Below are positions 29,335 through 38,264 of a stretch of DNA of 64,000 nucleotides, piece after piece. The notes beneath the pieces were generated by a model. It was not told the DNA's origin. It made no database searches and saw nothing but the letters and a program-made list of their open reading frames with translations. Position 1 is the stretch's first letter. Each line of letters starts with the position of its first letter. The stretch lies in contig OZ255715.1 in assembly GCA_965277175.1 (NCBI GenBank), positions 2,941,216-3,005,215 on the forward strand. The letters run 5' to 3'. This DNA is from Edaphobacter sp. (GTDB lineage Bacteria; Acidobacteriota; Terriglobia; Terriglobales; Acidobacteriaceae). Made by a program: the position numbers and the translations under genes.

Positions 29335-29550
29335 GTGGCAAATGACATCTGCATCAAATTCGGGAGAAGACTACGCCATCTGCGAACTGAGAAGGGGTGG
29401 AGTCAGGCTTATCTCGCGGAGGTGTCTGGAATCGGGCGCACGCATATATCGGAACTCGAGAACGGTCGCCGCGAAGCTGGACTACGTATTCTCGAAACGC
29501 TTGCAGGGACATTTAGAATCACCCCCGCGCAGCTCCTCGACGGTGTCTGA
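29335..29550 (+). CDS. XRE/Cro-CI family HTH repressor
   Basis: FGRRLRHLRTEKGWSQAYLAEVSGIGRTHISELENG. Confidence 0.9.
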   Translation: MANDICIKFGRRLRHLRTEKGWSQAYLAEVSGIGRTHISELENGRREAGLRILETLAGTFRITPAQLLDGV

Positions 29551-29638
29551 GCAATGCGTGATTCCCGGACGTGGGCTCAAGCGATCGAAAGAAAATGGAC
29601 CGATCCCCAACGGTCGATCCATCGCCCACAGTTTAGAA

Positions 29639-29661
29639 TTGGTGCCAATTTGGTGCCAAAT
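29639..29661 (+). repeat. Integrase arm-type sites (right end of ICE-1)
   Basis: TTGGTGCCAA-TTTGGTGCCAAAT, the same motif as 2191-2231. Confidence 0.75.
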
Positions 29662-29738
29662 AGCGCCCATTGAGCCGACTTTAGACGACTGTGCCGGTTT
29701 CTAACCTTTTTAGAATGTTCAGCCGGCACCCATCGCCA

Positions 29739-29753
29739 CACCTTCACACGGTG
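29739..29753 (+). repeat. att core at the ICE-1/ICE-2 junction
   Basis: Identical to 2106-2120. Confidence 0.9.
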
Positions 29754-29789
29754 CTGATCTTCAAAACTGACCGTCTCTAACTCTTCCAA

Positions 29790-29802
29790 AATCAAATAGT
29801 TA
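29790..29802 (+). promoter_or_regulatory. IHF-consensus site at the ICE-2 left end
   Basis: AATCAAATAGTTA matches WATCAANNNNTTR, 36 bp after the core (37 bp in ICE-1). Confidence 0.65.
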
Positions 29803-31012
29803 CAGGCACCATTTCGAAGCCGTTGGCGGCGTTTTGCGGCATTTCGTTAGAAACAATTTTTTCCTCCCCTCCTTTCGTCAACATCAGGTACACCGAGCCG
29901 ACCATTTGCTGCACGCTTTCCGGCAGCTCCTGCATGTACTCGTGCGCCGTGGTATCGGGACGCGAGTGCCGCAAGTGCGCCTGGATGTCCTTCACCGACC
30001 CCATCTTTTGAGCCTGAGTCGCCATCGTCCGACGAAGGATCTGGAAGTTCAGCTTCTCAAGTCCCAAATCTTCCGCCATAGGCTTCAACACCCGATAGAG
30101 GTAGTTGTTGACATGGAGGAAGCCGCCATCCGCGTTCGGGAAGATGAACGCGTCCGGTGAGACCTCCTTGCCGTCCTCTCCTTTGCAGTCCTCTTTCCAC
30201 TGCCGGAGTTCTTCGGCAAGACCATCCGGCAGGTGGACCTTGGTGAGGCTCCCCGGCGTCTTGCCATACGAACGCAGCTTGGCTCGATAGATGGTCTCCG
30301 TAAGAACGAGAGTGTTCTCGTCATCGAAGGAACGCCAACGGAGAGCGAACAGCTCGCTCGGCCGTAGCGCTTCCGTCATATCGAGGGCCAGCAAGAGACG
30401 GTCTCTCCGGTTGGCCATGGCTAGCACCGACCACAGCTGCTCCCAGGTCAACACCCGCTTATCCTTGGGCCGAAGATTCTTGGGGATCTTCAGCTTCCGG
30501 GTCGGGTCCTTGACCAGAAACTCCTGCTCGAGAGCTTCGTCGAAGATGGACTTCAGGTAAGAGCGCGCCTGCTTGACCCGATCCTGCGAGTACCGCTCCG
30601 CGAGATGGTTCACATGCGTCTGCAGCATGAACCGATCAAACGAATCGAGCGGTTGCCCGCCGAACTTGTCTATCAAGTCGAACTCGATCTGCGCCATCTT
30701 CGTGACCGCCGTGTCCGGCCGCCAATCCCCCTTCCGAAGTGGGAAGTAACGGTTCCGGACAAACCACTCGAAGGTGACGGAGCTGTCTTTCAGCACCCGG
30801 CCTCCGAGGTTTTGACCAGTTCGCTTCGTGATCTCGGTGCGCAATGCATCGCGCGCCTCGAACTTGGTCATCTGGGACTTAAGGCCGAGCTTGATACCGA
30901 TCTTTCTGACTCGTTGTGTATCGGCCTCAGGATCAAGTACGGCTTGTCGGAAGTAGCCGTACCATTGCTTTCCGCGCAGGGATACCCACCCTGCCTGGTG
31001 TGACTTGCCCAT
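29792..31012 (-). CDS. int: Tyrosine recombinase/integrase (ICE-2)
   Basis: Full-length paralog of 2249-3400 (MGKSHQ start, ALRPSEL, QILRRT, HLRHS, AHEY). Confidence 0.93.
   Translation of the reverse strand: MGKSHQAGWVSLRGKQWYGYFRQAVLDPEADTQRVRKIGIKLGLKSQMTKFEARDALRTEITKRTGQNLGGRVLKDSSVTFEWFVRNRYFPLRKGDWRPDTAVTKMAQIEFDLIDKFGGQPLDSFDRFMLQTHVNHLAERYSQDRVKQARSYLKSIFDEALEQEFLVKDPTRKLKIPKNLRPKDKRVLTWEQLWSVLAMANRRDRLLLALDMTEALRPSELFALRWRSFDDENTLVLTETIYRAKLRSYGKTPGSLTKVHLPDGLAEELRQWKEDCKGEDGKEVSPDAFIFPNADGGFLHVNNYLYRVLKPMAEDLGLEKLNFQILRRTMATQAQKMGSVKDIQAHLRHSRPDTTAHEYMQELPESVQQMVGSVYLMLTKGGEEKIVSNEMPQNAANGFEMVPVTI
29823..29842 (+). repeat. Candidate arm-type sites of ICE-2
   Basis: TTGGCGGCGT/TTTGCGGCAT 10-bp tandem at the same 20-bp distance from the IHF site as the ICE-1 arm tandem. 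Confidence 0.45.
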
Positions 31013-31066
31013 CTGTTCCTCAGTTCCTGTGGTGGAAGAACCGCGGGCTTCCACCATTTTATGGGT

Positions 31067-31399
31067 TTATCTCCGCCGTCGCCGCGCTGCGGTCAACTGC
31101 TCCTGATCGCTGATGAAGCCTTCGATCCCACTGAACCGATAGCGAAGGGTTCCGTCTCCCATCCGGATCACAGGGAGGTGCGGCAACTTGCGCGAGGAAT
31201 GATCCCAGACCCAGTCCCTGCTTACATTTAGCCGCCGCGCGACATCGTCCACGGTAAGGAGAGGATCGAGATCGCTTTGAGCCCCCTGGGTCTGTCCCGG
31301 AGCTACGCTGCGCGGTGGCATCGGCCTGCTGGGGTCCTCCGAAGGGACTGTTCGAGGTTCGATCACGCGGAGAGTTGAGTTTGGTTGTGGAAATGGCAT
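31067..31399 (-). CDS. Excisionase-like wHTH
   Basis: LLTVDDVARRLNVSRDWVWDH, paralog of 3445-3726; RBS AGGAGG. Confidence 0.82.
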   Translation of the reverse strand: MPFPQPNSTLRVIEPRTVPSEDPSRPMPPRSVAPGQTQGAQSDLDPLLTVDDVARRLNVSRDWVWDHSSRKLPHLPVIRMGDGTLRYRFSGIEGFISDQEQLTAARRRRR

Positions 31400-31454
31400 T
31401 TGTCCTCCTGCTGTTTTTCGAGACAGTCGAGCAAATGCTTTGTATGACGAACCT

Positions 31455-31470
31455 AAAATTCGGTCAAAAA
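31455..31470 (-). promoter_or_regulatory. ICE-2 operon-head motif facing xis-int
   Basis: TTTTTGACCGAATTTT; TTGACC-17 bp-TACAAA. Confidence 0.6.
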
Positions 31471-31498
31471 CGCTGTTGTTTTGATTGGGACCGCTCGG

Positions 31499-31514
31499 AA
31501 TTTGACCGAGTTTT
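31499..31514 (+). promoter_or_regulatory. ICE-2 operon-head motif facing transfer operon 1
   Basis: AATTTGACCGAGTTTT. Confidence 0.65.
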
Positions 31515-31525
31515 GGAAGAGCTTC

Positions 31526-31837
31526 ATGCTGACACCGCGTTTGAAGGAGGTGTCTGTGGGAGAACGAACGAAGTACCTCGCGACTGCGGTGTCCGTGACT
31601 GTGCTCGATGCGACCGTGGCCACGTATTACGGCGGCGTGGTCTGGAAAGCATACGCAGTAGTCATCTGGAGCAAGTTGCTGTTGCTCCTATTGGCTGCCG
31701 TATGGACCACGTCACTTCTGCACATCTGGGTTCACGCGTGTTCCCGTCTGCGGCGGGAGAACCAGGAACATCGGGTCGTGGTGTCGATCCCTGTAAACGG
31801 GCTTTCGGCTGAGCTGGCGGAGGAGATCGATGTTTGA
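31526..31837 (+). CDS. Small 2-TM membrane protein
   Basis: VTVLDA...LLHIW; similar to 55455-55712. Confidence 0.6.
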   Translation: MLTPRLKEVSVGERTKYLATAVSVTVLDATVATYYGGVVWKAYAVVIWSKLLLLLLAAVWTTSLLHIWVHACSRLRRENQEHRVVVSIPVNGLSAELAEEIDV

Positions 31838-32750
31838 TTCGTTGTCTGACCTTTCGAGCAAGCTATCGGCAACGGGCTACTTCATCGATCCGGTGATGGT
31901 CCAGGTGGTCTTTCTGGCTGCAAAGCTCAAGAAACCGTTACTGCTCGAAGGACCTGCGGGGTCGGGCAAGACGCAACTTGCCTTGTCCGTCGCCGCAGCC
32001 GCAGACACGCATGTGGAGCGCCTTCAGTGTTATCGCGGTGTCAGTGAGGACAAGGCCATCGGACGCTTCGATGAAGGTTTGCAACGCCTTTATATGGAGT
32101 TCTCGAAGAGTCAACACGAGAACTGGCAGACCGTACAGGCGAGTCTGAAGGGGCGTGACTTCTTCCGCCCAGGTCCACTCATGCGAGCGCTCGAGTGCGA
32201 ACGGCCTTGCGTGCTTCTCATTGATGAGTTGGACAAAGTAGACGATGGATTTGAGGCAATGTTGCTTGAAATACTTTCCGCCTGGCAGTTGTCGATACCA
32301 GAGTTTGGAACAGTGGAAGCCCGCACCATTCCATTCGTTGTGCTGACCAGCAACGAAGAGAGACGCCTCGGCGATCCGATCCGCAGGCGCAGTCTTTACG
32401 TCCGCGTCGAGCACCCAACACCGCAGCGCGAATCGGAGATCATCGCGAGTCGCACTCCTAACGCCGACGCAGAGTTTCACCGTGAGATGGCTGGCATCGC
32501 GCTCTCCTTTCGCAATTACTCGCTCGAAAAGCCGCCTTCCGTCTCCGAGATGATTGATTTCGCCAACGCTCTCCAATTACTTGGCACCGATCATGTGACG
32601 GAAGAGCACCGCGACGTCCTGTTGCCGTTCCTGGCTAAGACCGAGAAAGACCGTCGCCACCTGCTTCTCCGCGAGGGCTTCAAGAGCCTCCTCGATGACG
32701 GTGCTCGTTTCGCCAAGAAGATGGCGCTCGAAGGAGGGCAAGAGTCATGA
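31830..32750 (+). CDS. MoxR-family AAA+ ATPase
   Basis: LLLEGPAGSGKT, RLQCY, LLIDELDK, LTSN, RRR. Confidence 0.88.
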   Translation: MFDSLSDLSSKLSATGYFIDPVMVQVVFLAAKLKKPLLLEGPAGSGKTQLALSVAAAADTHVERLQCYRGVSEDKAIGRFDEGLQRLYMEFSKSQHENWQTVQASLKGRDFFRPGPLMRALECERPCVLLIDELDKVDDGFEAMLLEILSAWQLSIPEFGTVEARTIPFVVLTSNEERRLGDPIRRRSLYVRVEHPTPQRESEIIASRTPNADAEFHREMAGIALSFRNYSLEKPPSVSEMIDFANALQLLGTDHVTEEHRDVLLPFLAKTEKDRRHLLLREGFKSLLDDGARFAKKMALEGGQES

Positions 32751-33244
32751 AACGGTTCCTTCTTTTACTGCTCCTCTTACTGCCTTCCCATTGCAAAGCA
32801 GAGGTCCCGTCCACTTTGGCCGAACGATGTGTCCAGCATTATGCCGCCCAATACAGAGTGCCACCCGAATTGATTGCAGCATTCATCGATGTGGAGTCCG
32901 GATGGAATCCTAACGCTCTATCGAAAAAGAGCGTAGCCGGCGAGCACGCAATGGGGTTGATGCAACTCATGCCCTCAACAGCGCGGCGTTTCGGCGCAGC
33001 GCAGCCGTTCGATGTCGAACAAAACATAGCCGCGGGAACCCGCTATGTGACGACGTTAATGTGGGAGTTTCACGGTGACTTGCGACTCGTTGCTGCAGCT
33101 TACAACGCCGGTGACCGCTGGGTTGGACAAAAACAACTTAACTATCACAATCCCGATGTCATTGCCTATGTGGAGGCGGTTCGTCGGCGATATGTGATGC
33201 GAAAACAAGCGGCCGCAAGGCCATCAAGGAGAGAAACAAGATGA
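32747..33244 (+). CDS. Lytic transglycosylase (VirB1-like)
   Basis: Signal peptide, ESGWNP, GLMQLMP, AYNAG. Confidence 0.92.
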   Translation: MKRFLLLLLLLLPSHCKAEVPSTLAERCVQHYAAQYRVPPELIAAFIDVESGWNPNALSKKSVAGEHAMGLMQLMPSTARRFGAAQPFDVEQNIAAGTRYVTTLMWEFHGDLRLVAAAYNAGDRWVGQKQLNYHNPDVIAYVEAVRRRYVMRKQAAARPSRRETR

Positions 33245-34191
33245 AACTACGTTGGCTCATTCCCATTGCGGTGTTGCTGCCGCTCCGACTCGGAGCTACC
33301 GGGCCTGCCGTAACCGCTCGCGTTCCGACGATCACGATCAATCCGAACCAAGTGACGGCACTTCATCTCCGACCTGAGTTTGAGTCGACGATTCGCATGC
33401 CCGAGGAGATAACTTCTGTCATCCTCGGAAGCCCGAGTTCCTTCAAAGCCGAACACAACGAGGGCGAGCCGCGATATGTCTACGTCAAACCCATCACCAA
33501 AGATCCTGTGCAATCCAACCTTCTGATCGCCACGAAGTCCGGTCAGCATGTGACGTTGGAGCTTATCAGCGACGGAGCCAGTGCTAACAACGCCAATCAA
33601 CCAGTGGACTTTCTGATTGAGTACCGTGTCTCTCGAAGCTTTCTGATCGTCTCTGATGCGGCCGTCCCGGCAATGCCGAAACCCAATGAGAAGGCCGGTC
33701 CCCCTGGTCTGTCCCCGACCCACTCCCCGTCTGCGGTTCCTTCAGCCATCGATCAAGAGTTCGAACAACAGACCAAACTCAATGCTCCCAAGTGGACTAA
33801 ATGGGATGGGAAACAGATCGAGACCTCCATCGGCGATATACGCCAATGGAGCAACGAGACGGTCGTCTCGTATTCGGTCTACAACAGCTCGGATCAGCCA
33901 GTTGAGATCGTCGCTCCACAAATCCAAATCACCGGGCGCAAGACGGAAAAGAAAAAAAAGAAGGAAGGCAAGGGCGTCCTGTCCGATCAACTTGAAATCC
34001 GCGATTACAAGCTCAGCGTGACAAGGCTTGAGGCTGGCGGTCGCGCAGACGGCGTGGTTGTGTTCGACCGCCCGAACTTCAAGCAATCGACCGAGAAGTT
34101 GTTCCTGCAACTCGCCCAGGCGGATCAGGTCGATCGCCCGATCTTGATCCGCCTTCCATTCACCCCACCCATCGCGGCAGAACGCCAATAG
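33241..34191 (+). CDS. VirB9/TraK-like outer-core T4SS protein
   Basis: Signal peptide and beta-rich N-domain (STIRMPEEITSVILG, YVYVKP, SNLLIAT); located between the LT and VirB10. Confidence 0.6.
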   Translation: MKLRWLIPIAVLLPLRLGATGPAVTARVPTITINPNQVTALHLRPEFESTIRMPEEITSVILGSPSSFKAEHNEGEPRYVYVKPITKDPVQSNLLIATKSGQHVTLELISDGASANNANQPVDFLIEYRVSRSFLIVSDAAVPAMPKPNEKAGPPGLSPTHSPSAVPSAIDQEFEQQTKLNAPKWTKWDGKQIETSIGDIRQWSNETVVSYSVYNSSDQPVEIVAPQIQITGRKTEKKKKKEGKGVLSDQLEIRDYKLSVTRLEAGGRADGVVVFDRPNFKQSTEKLFLQLAQADQVDRPILIRLPFTPPIAAERQ

Positions 34192-34199
34192 AGAGGATC

Positions 34200-35519
34200 G
34201 TGCAGAGTATGAGTGTCCATGACAACAACACCAACGGCAGTCGGAGCATCCCCTTTCAGATTGACGAGTCTCCCGACCGCATCGGCACGCAAGTTCCGCC
34301 GGCGCCAGAACCGAACGAGCGTGAGGGCACCGACGACGTCGCAACTCCGCGACCTGACAGTTTAGCGACACGCGCCGGCATCACCGGGATTCCGGGTATC
34401 GGCAAGAACAAGCTCATTCTTCTTGGAGGGGGTCTCGCGGTCGCAGTGTTGTTCTTTGTCTTTACTGCGATCGTGGGAAAGTCCCCGAAGAAACAGACCA
34501 CTGCGAAACCGAATGGCACGCAAGCAAGTCTTTCGGGGTCGCAGCAGCCTAAAGGCAGCGTGACGCCCGTGATGGAAACTGTTCACACTCCAGCTCCCGA
34601 TAACTCCAGCGGGCAGCTTGGGCCGGGAGATATACGGCGAACACGCTCCTCGGACGGTAAGGTCGCTACTGCGGCAAACTCCCAGTTATCTCAGAAGCAG
34701 ACAGCGGCGAAACCGCCTGCCGCTGCATCTTTGGGAGGCGTTCCATCCTTCGCTGATACGCAACAGAGATGGGAGGAACCTCAGCCTTACGGGGAACCTG
34801 CGTTGACTCCCGCTGTCCAGACGCAACAACAAAACTCCTTGAAGGAGCCCTCTCTGATCTTTGTTCGTAGTCAAGTTCAGAGTCAGTCATCGACGGCTCC
34901 GAAGCTCAACAGTGATGACGACGATGCGCCGGTATTGGAAATGACGCCCGGCATGCGGATACAGGCGAAGCTTGAAACGCAAATCTCCAGTGCCGTCCAG
35001 GAGCCGGTCGTGGCAGTCGTGGAATATACCTACGCCATTGGAGACAGAGTCGTGGTTCCTGCCGGTGCTCGAATCTACGGCAAGCTCGTACAAGCCGATC
35101 GAAGCGGTCTCGTGAATGTGCAGTTTGAAGAGATTCGATTGCTGGATGGAAACCGCGATGAGAAGCGCGAAAAGATCGATGCGATAGGACTCGGTCTTGA
35201 CCTTGGACCCATCAAAGGAAGCGTCTCCGGGAAAAACACTGGCAAGAACTTCTTAGTACGGGCCGCATCAGGAATGGGTTCCGTGCTTGCGGAGATAGCT
35301 GGCAACAACAGTAGCGCAGCGTTTTCCGAAGACGACATGCTTCGAGAACGATTAGCTGAGAATATCGGGACGGCCGGCGATTCGGAGGTCATGAACCTCA
35401 ATGCCAATAGCCGTATCGTTGTCACCGTTCCTGCAGACACGAAGATCTACGTCGTATTTACGAAACACCAGGAGAAGAACCCTACTGAACTGCATAAGGT
35501 CCCGCCTGCAACGCCGTAG
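34200..35519 (+). CDS. virB10: VirB10/TrbI family protein
   Basis: Single TM, P/Q/S-rich linker, PGMRIQAKLETQISS, VPAGARIYG. Confidence 0.82.
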   Translation: MQSMSVHDNNTNGSRSIPFQIDESPDRIGTQVPPAPEPNEREGTDDVATPRPDSLATRAGITGIPGIGKNKLILLGGGLAVAVLFFVFTAIVGKSPKKQTTAKPNGTQASLSGSQQPKGSVTPVMETVHTPAPDNSSGQLGPGDIRRTRSSDGKVATAANSQLSQKQTAAKPPAAASLGGVPSFADTQQRWEEPQPYGEPALTPAVQTQQQNSLKEPSLIFVRSQVQSQSSTAPKLNSDDDDAPVLEMTPGMRIQAKLETQISSAVQEPVVAVVEYTYAIGDRVVVPAGARIYGKLVQADRSGLVNVQFEEIRLLDGNRDEKREKIDAIGLGLDLGPIKGSVSGKNTGKNFLVRAASGMGSVLAEIAGNNSSAAFSEDDMLRERLAENIGTAGDSEVMNLNANSRIVVTVPADTKIYVVFTKHQEKNPTELHKVPPATP

Positions 35520-35541
35520 ATGTCCCTTACAGATTGTCTCC

Positions 35542-35570
35542 AAGCCCTGGCTGCCCGCCAGGGCTTTTTT
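35542..35570 (+). terminator. Intrinsic terminator
   Basis: AAGCCCTGGC-TGCCC-GCCAGGGCTT followed by a T-run. Confidence 0.85.
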
Positions 35571-35960
35571 GCGTTATGGCGTGGCTGACTGAGATCGGTT
35601 GCGCACAGGCTGTCTGAAAAACGTATTGGCATGGGCCGAGATCGCTCCGAGTTGCCCAATCCTCGGATGAGAAAAATGCCTTGCTTTCCCCTTAGCCAAA
35701 ATGAGCAGGCAGTGGTCCGCATGACCCGGTGTGCATTAGAGCATAGTCGCTGCAAATTGCCCTTGTACAGACGGGGCAAAATCTACGATTTGATCGCTGG
35801 CGAGAAGAGGAAAGATAGACCCGGTAGCCCCAAAGTGCGCTAGGGGAGCTAACGATTCACTTACTCTTTCTTCCTTGAGTCACGAGCGATCCCAATGACT
35901 TTCTGCACGGACGGGGCAAACATCGCAGAGGCCATTCGGACGTAGCGCTTTAATTGTTCT

Positions 35961-36416
35961 TCAGGAGGGGATGAGGTTGAACCTTCCGCAACGCCGACAC
36001 ATGTAGGTATGTGCCCAGTTCCAATGAAGCTGCGGGTAGATGTCGTGGTTATATCGATAGATTCTGCGAAGGCTCCATGCCAAGCCTCCAACCGACGCGA
36101 GCCAGAAACATAGGAAGATTCCAGCGATCCCTATTTCTGTTGCCGGTATCGTGGAGCGCGCAAGCAGTGCGCTGAGGTCGAAGAAGCTCGAAATGGAAAA
36201 AAGAACTACGAAGAATCCCCAGAGCAAGAATGGCCGGACGTAACCCCGCGCACGGGGTGGCGCTGCTGCTTGTGCGGAATACGATTGGCTTGTGCCGTGA
36301 TTGAACAGGCCGGAGAACGAACGCGTTCCCTGTTGATAGAGGACTGGAACGGCAACAATCTCGGGAGTTCCGCATTGGTCGCAACGATACGAGTTCTGAA
36401 ACGGTAGGGTCGCCAT
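35961..36416 (-). CDS. Hypothetical 2-TM protein with terminal CxxC motifs
   Basis: CDQC near the N-terminus, CRRC near the C-terminus, two hydrophobic segments. Confidence 0.6.
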   Translation of the reverse strand: MATLPFQNSYRCDQCGTPEIVAVPVLYQQGTRSFSGLFNHGTSQSYSAQAAAPPRARGYVRPFLLWGFFVVLFSISSFFDLSALLARSTIPATEIGIAGIFLCFWLASVGGLAWSLRRIYRYNHDIYPQLHWNWAHTYMCRRCGRFNLIPS

Positions 36417-36600
36417 TGCCTGAGCCTTGGACCGCCAAAAGCCTTGCGGCGAGTCAACTCAATCCTCGAGAAGATTTTAGCGCTTTCGCCGGAACGGAGC
36501 CAATTCAGCGAAGCCATCAGAAAGCCCGAAATCCAAATCGTCTCGCAAAACCCACGAGCGATTGACGATATTGTCGACCTGATTTCAAGGTTCGTCCAGA

Positions 36601-36616
36601 AATTTGACTGAGTTTT
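36601..36616 (+). promoter_or_regulatory. ICE-2 operon-head motif facing the pilin-virB4 operon
   Basis: AATTTGACTGAGTTTT. Confidence 0.65.
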
Positions 36617-36682
36617 CGTTCCGACCGATTCTCTGCTTCGACACGGAGGCCCCGAGCACCCGAGTCCAAGAGAGATAGAGAC

Positions 36683-37117
36683 ATGAGAATCACACCAGCC
36701 TTCTGGCGGCGCTCCGACGCGACCGCCGCTTCACTCGCCACTGTCATCCACCGTCCCGAACAAACCAACTGGGTTCGCGCCGCTCTGATGTTTGCATTAG
36801 CTCTCGTGCTTCTTGGGAGCGTGCTGGCACCTCTGGCGGCGACTGCTCAAAACCTTGGGACCTCGCCGCAGTTCGGACAGGCTGTTCAAGGACAGCAGGC
36901 GACCACCGTCGAAGGCACCGTTCTGAATATCGTGAACTGGGCCTGCAATGTCATTGCCCCAGTGATCGCGGTGGCCTGCCTCGGTGTCGCGGGATGGCAC
37001 TTCAAATCCGGTCGCGGTTATATGGGCTGGGGCGTTACCGGCGTAGCGCTGATGGTGATCTCCGGTCTGGGACGTATGGCCGAAGGGTTCATCACGCAAG
37101 CGCAAGGAATCCAGTAA
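36683..37117 (+). CDS. VirB2/TrbC-like pilin (one repeat)
   Basis: Leader, then NWACNVIAP-TM-loop-TM-SGLGRMAEGFITQA; first gene of the virB3-virB4 operon. Confidence 0.6.
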   Translation: MRITPAFWRRSDATAASLATVIHRPEQTNWVRAALMFALALVLLGSVLAPLAATAQNLGTSPQFGQAVQGQQATTVEGTVLNIVNWACNVIAPVIAVACLGVAGWHFKSGRGYMGWGVTGVALMVISGLGRMAEGFITQAQGIQ

Positions 37118-37132
37118 CGAGGTTTCGTCGTC

Positions 37133-37795
37133 ATGCCTGTGCCGCAATTCCTTCTCGATCTTCTCCAGATGCTGCTTGATCTCGCTGTGCCCGCGGCGTT
37201 CCTCACCTTGACCGCCGCGGGAGTGAGTTTACGGCACGAAGGAGGAACCAACTTCCATGTGAATGGCAGGACGGGAAAGTGGGTGTTGTGGACGGTGGTT
37301 CTTCTAACTCTCCCACAACTGTTGTCCTGGGTTGCGGCACAAGGTATCACCGTTCCTTCGGGGAGCGGATCGGTTGGGACGAGTTGGATCGCGAGCATGG
37401 AGACGGTGTTCAAAGCATTCGTCAATCAGATCGTAGTCGCCAAACTGGTTCCTGTTCTTGCTGCTTATTTCGTTCTAAAAGCAACTCTGGATGGAGCAGC
37501 CGGCGAAAATCCACTTCCGTCGATCATCGCCGCGCTGTTCTTAATGTCACTCTCCGCCACCATGCAACTCATGCAGGGCTGGAACTCGGGAGGCCAGTAC
37601 GCAGCTACGGACATGCTCACATCACTGTGGAACTACATCGTTGGGCAGATCATGCCCGCCGCAGCAGGTTTGGCGTGTGTTGGTGCGGTGATCAACTTTG
37701 TGCGGCATAGGCCGTGGACCCGGTTGGTCTTTGCCGCAATTTCTTTCCTGAGCGTGAGTGGATTGCTCACACTCTTCCAGGCGATGGCGGCTTAG
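37133..37795 (+). CDS. Pilin-like membrane protein with three tandem hairpin repeats
   Basis: Three ~70-aa amphipathic-Pro-TM-loop-TM units. Confidence 0.55.
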   Translation: MPVPQFLLDLLQMLLDLAVPAAFLTLTAAGVSLRHEGGTNFHVNGRTGKWVLWTVVLLTLPQLLSWVAAQGITVPSGSGSVGTSWIASMETVFKAFVNQIVVAKLVPVLAAYFVLKATLDGAAGENPLPSIIAALFLMSLSATMQLMQGWNSGGQYAATDMLTSLWNYIVGQIMPAAAGLACVGAVINFVRHRPWTRLVFAAISFLSVSGLLTLFQAMAA

Positions 37796-37804
37796 GAGAA
37801 AACG

Positions 37805-38254
37805 ATGAGTTTGGATGGCGCAATTACGAACCTCGCCTCTTGGGCTGGGAACACCATCATGCCAACGATGGCGGGAATGTTTTTCGCCAGTGCTGTCTAC
37901 CGCTACAGCAAGAGCGGCCCTTTCGAGCACCTCCTCTATGGCGGTTTCGCTTCGCTGATGTGTTCCGGCATGCTTCGCGCGCTCGAAGGCTTTGTGCAAC
38001 ACGCTGGCCCTACCAGTGCCGATGGCTTCTGGATGGCGATGATGAGTCTCGTGAATTGGACTGCCAACGTAATCCTGCCCATGTTCGCGCTTACTCAGCT
38101 CGCAGCGATGGCACTTCATATGGGTGGTGTGGTCTCTGAGATCTACCCAGGCTCGACCTGGATTCGTAAGTTCATCGCGGCGGTGGCTGCGCTGATGGTC
38201 TCAGGGATCGTGCGCTTCGCCGAGTCGATGGTCACGCAGGCACACGGAATTTGA
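37805..38254 (+). CDS. Pilin-like membrane protein with two tandem repeats
   Basis: SWAGNTIMP...SGMLRALEGFVQHA and NWTANVILP...SGIVRFAESMVTQA. Confidence 0.6.
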   Translation: MSLDGAITNLASWAGNTIMPTMAGMFFASAVYRYSKSGPFEHLLYGGFASLMCSGMLRALEGFVQHAGPTSADGFWMAMMSLVNWTANVILPMFALTQLAAMALHMGGVVSEIYPGSTWIRKFIAAVAALMVSGIVRFAESMVTQAHGI

Positions 38255-38264
38255 GGAGGATGTT

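Larger units (their letters stand above)
2106..29753. mobile_element. ICE-1: degenerate integrative conjugative element at tRNA-Val
   Basis: Exact 15-bp direct repeat CACCTTCACACGGTG at 2106-2120 and 29739-29753, TTGGTGCCA arm repeats inside both ends, tyrosine integrase plus xis, MOBF relaxase/T4CP/virB2-3-4 remnants. Confidence 0.88.

Noticed and set aside
29754-29789. Possible degenerate tRNA 3' half after the second att core (TTCAAA)
   Set aside because: Offset and stems do not match the tRNA T-arm or acceptor stem.
35631-36091. ORFs 35631-35843 (+) and 35861-36091 (-)
   Set aside because: No motifs or RBS; the second overlaps the better-supported 35961-36416.
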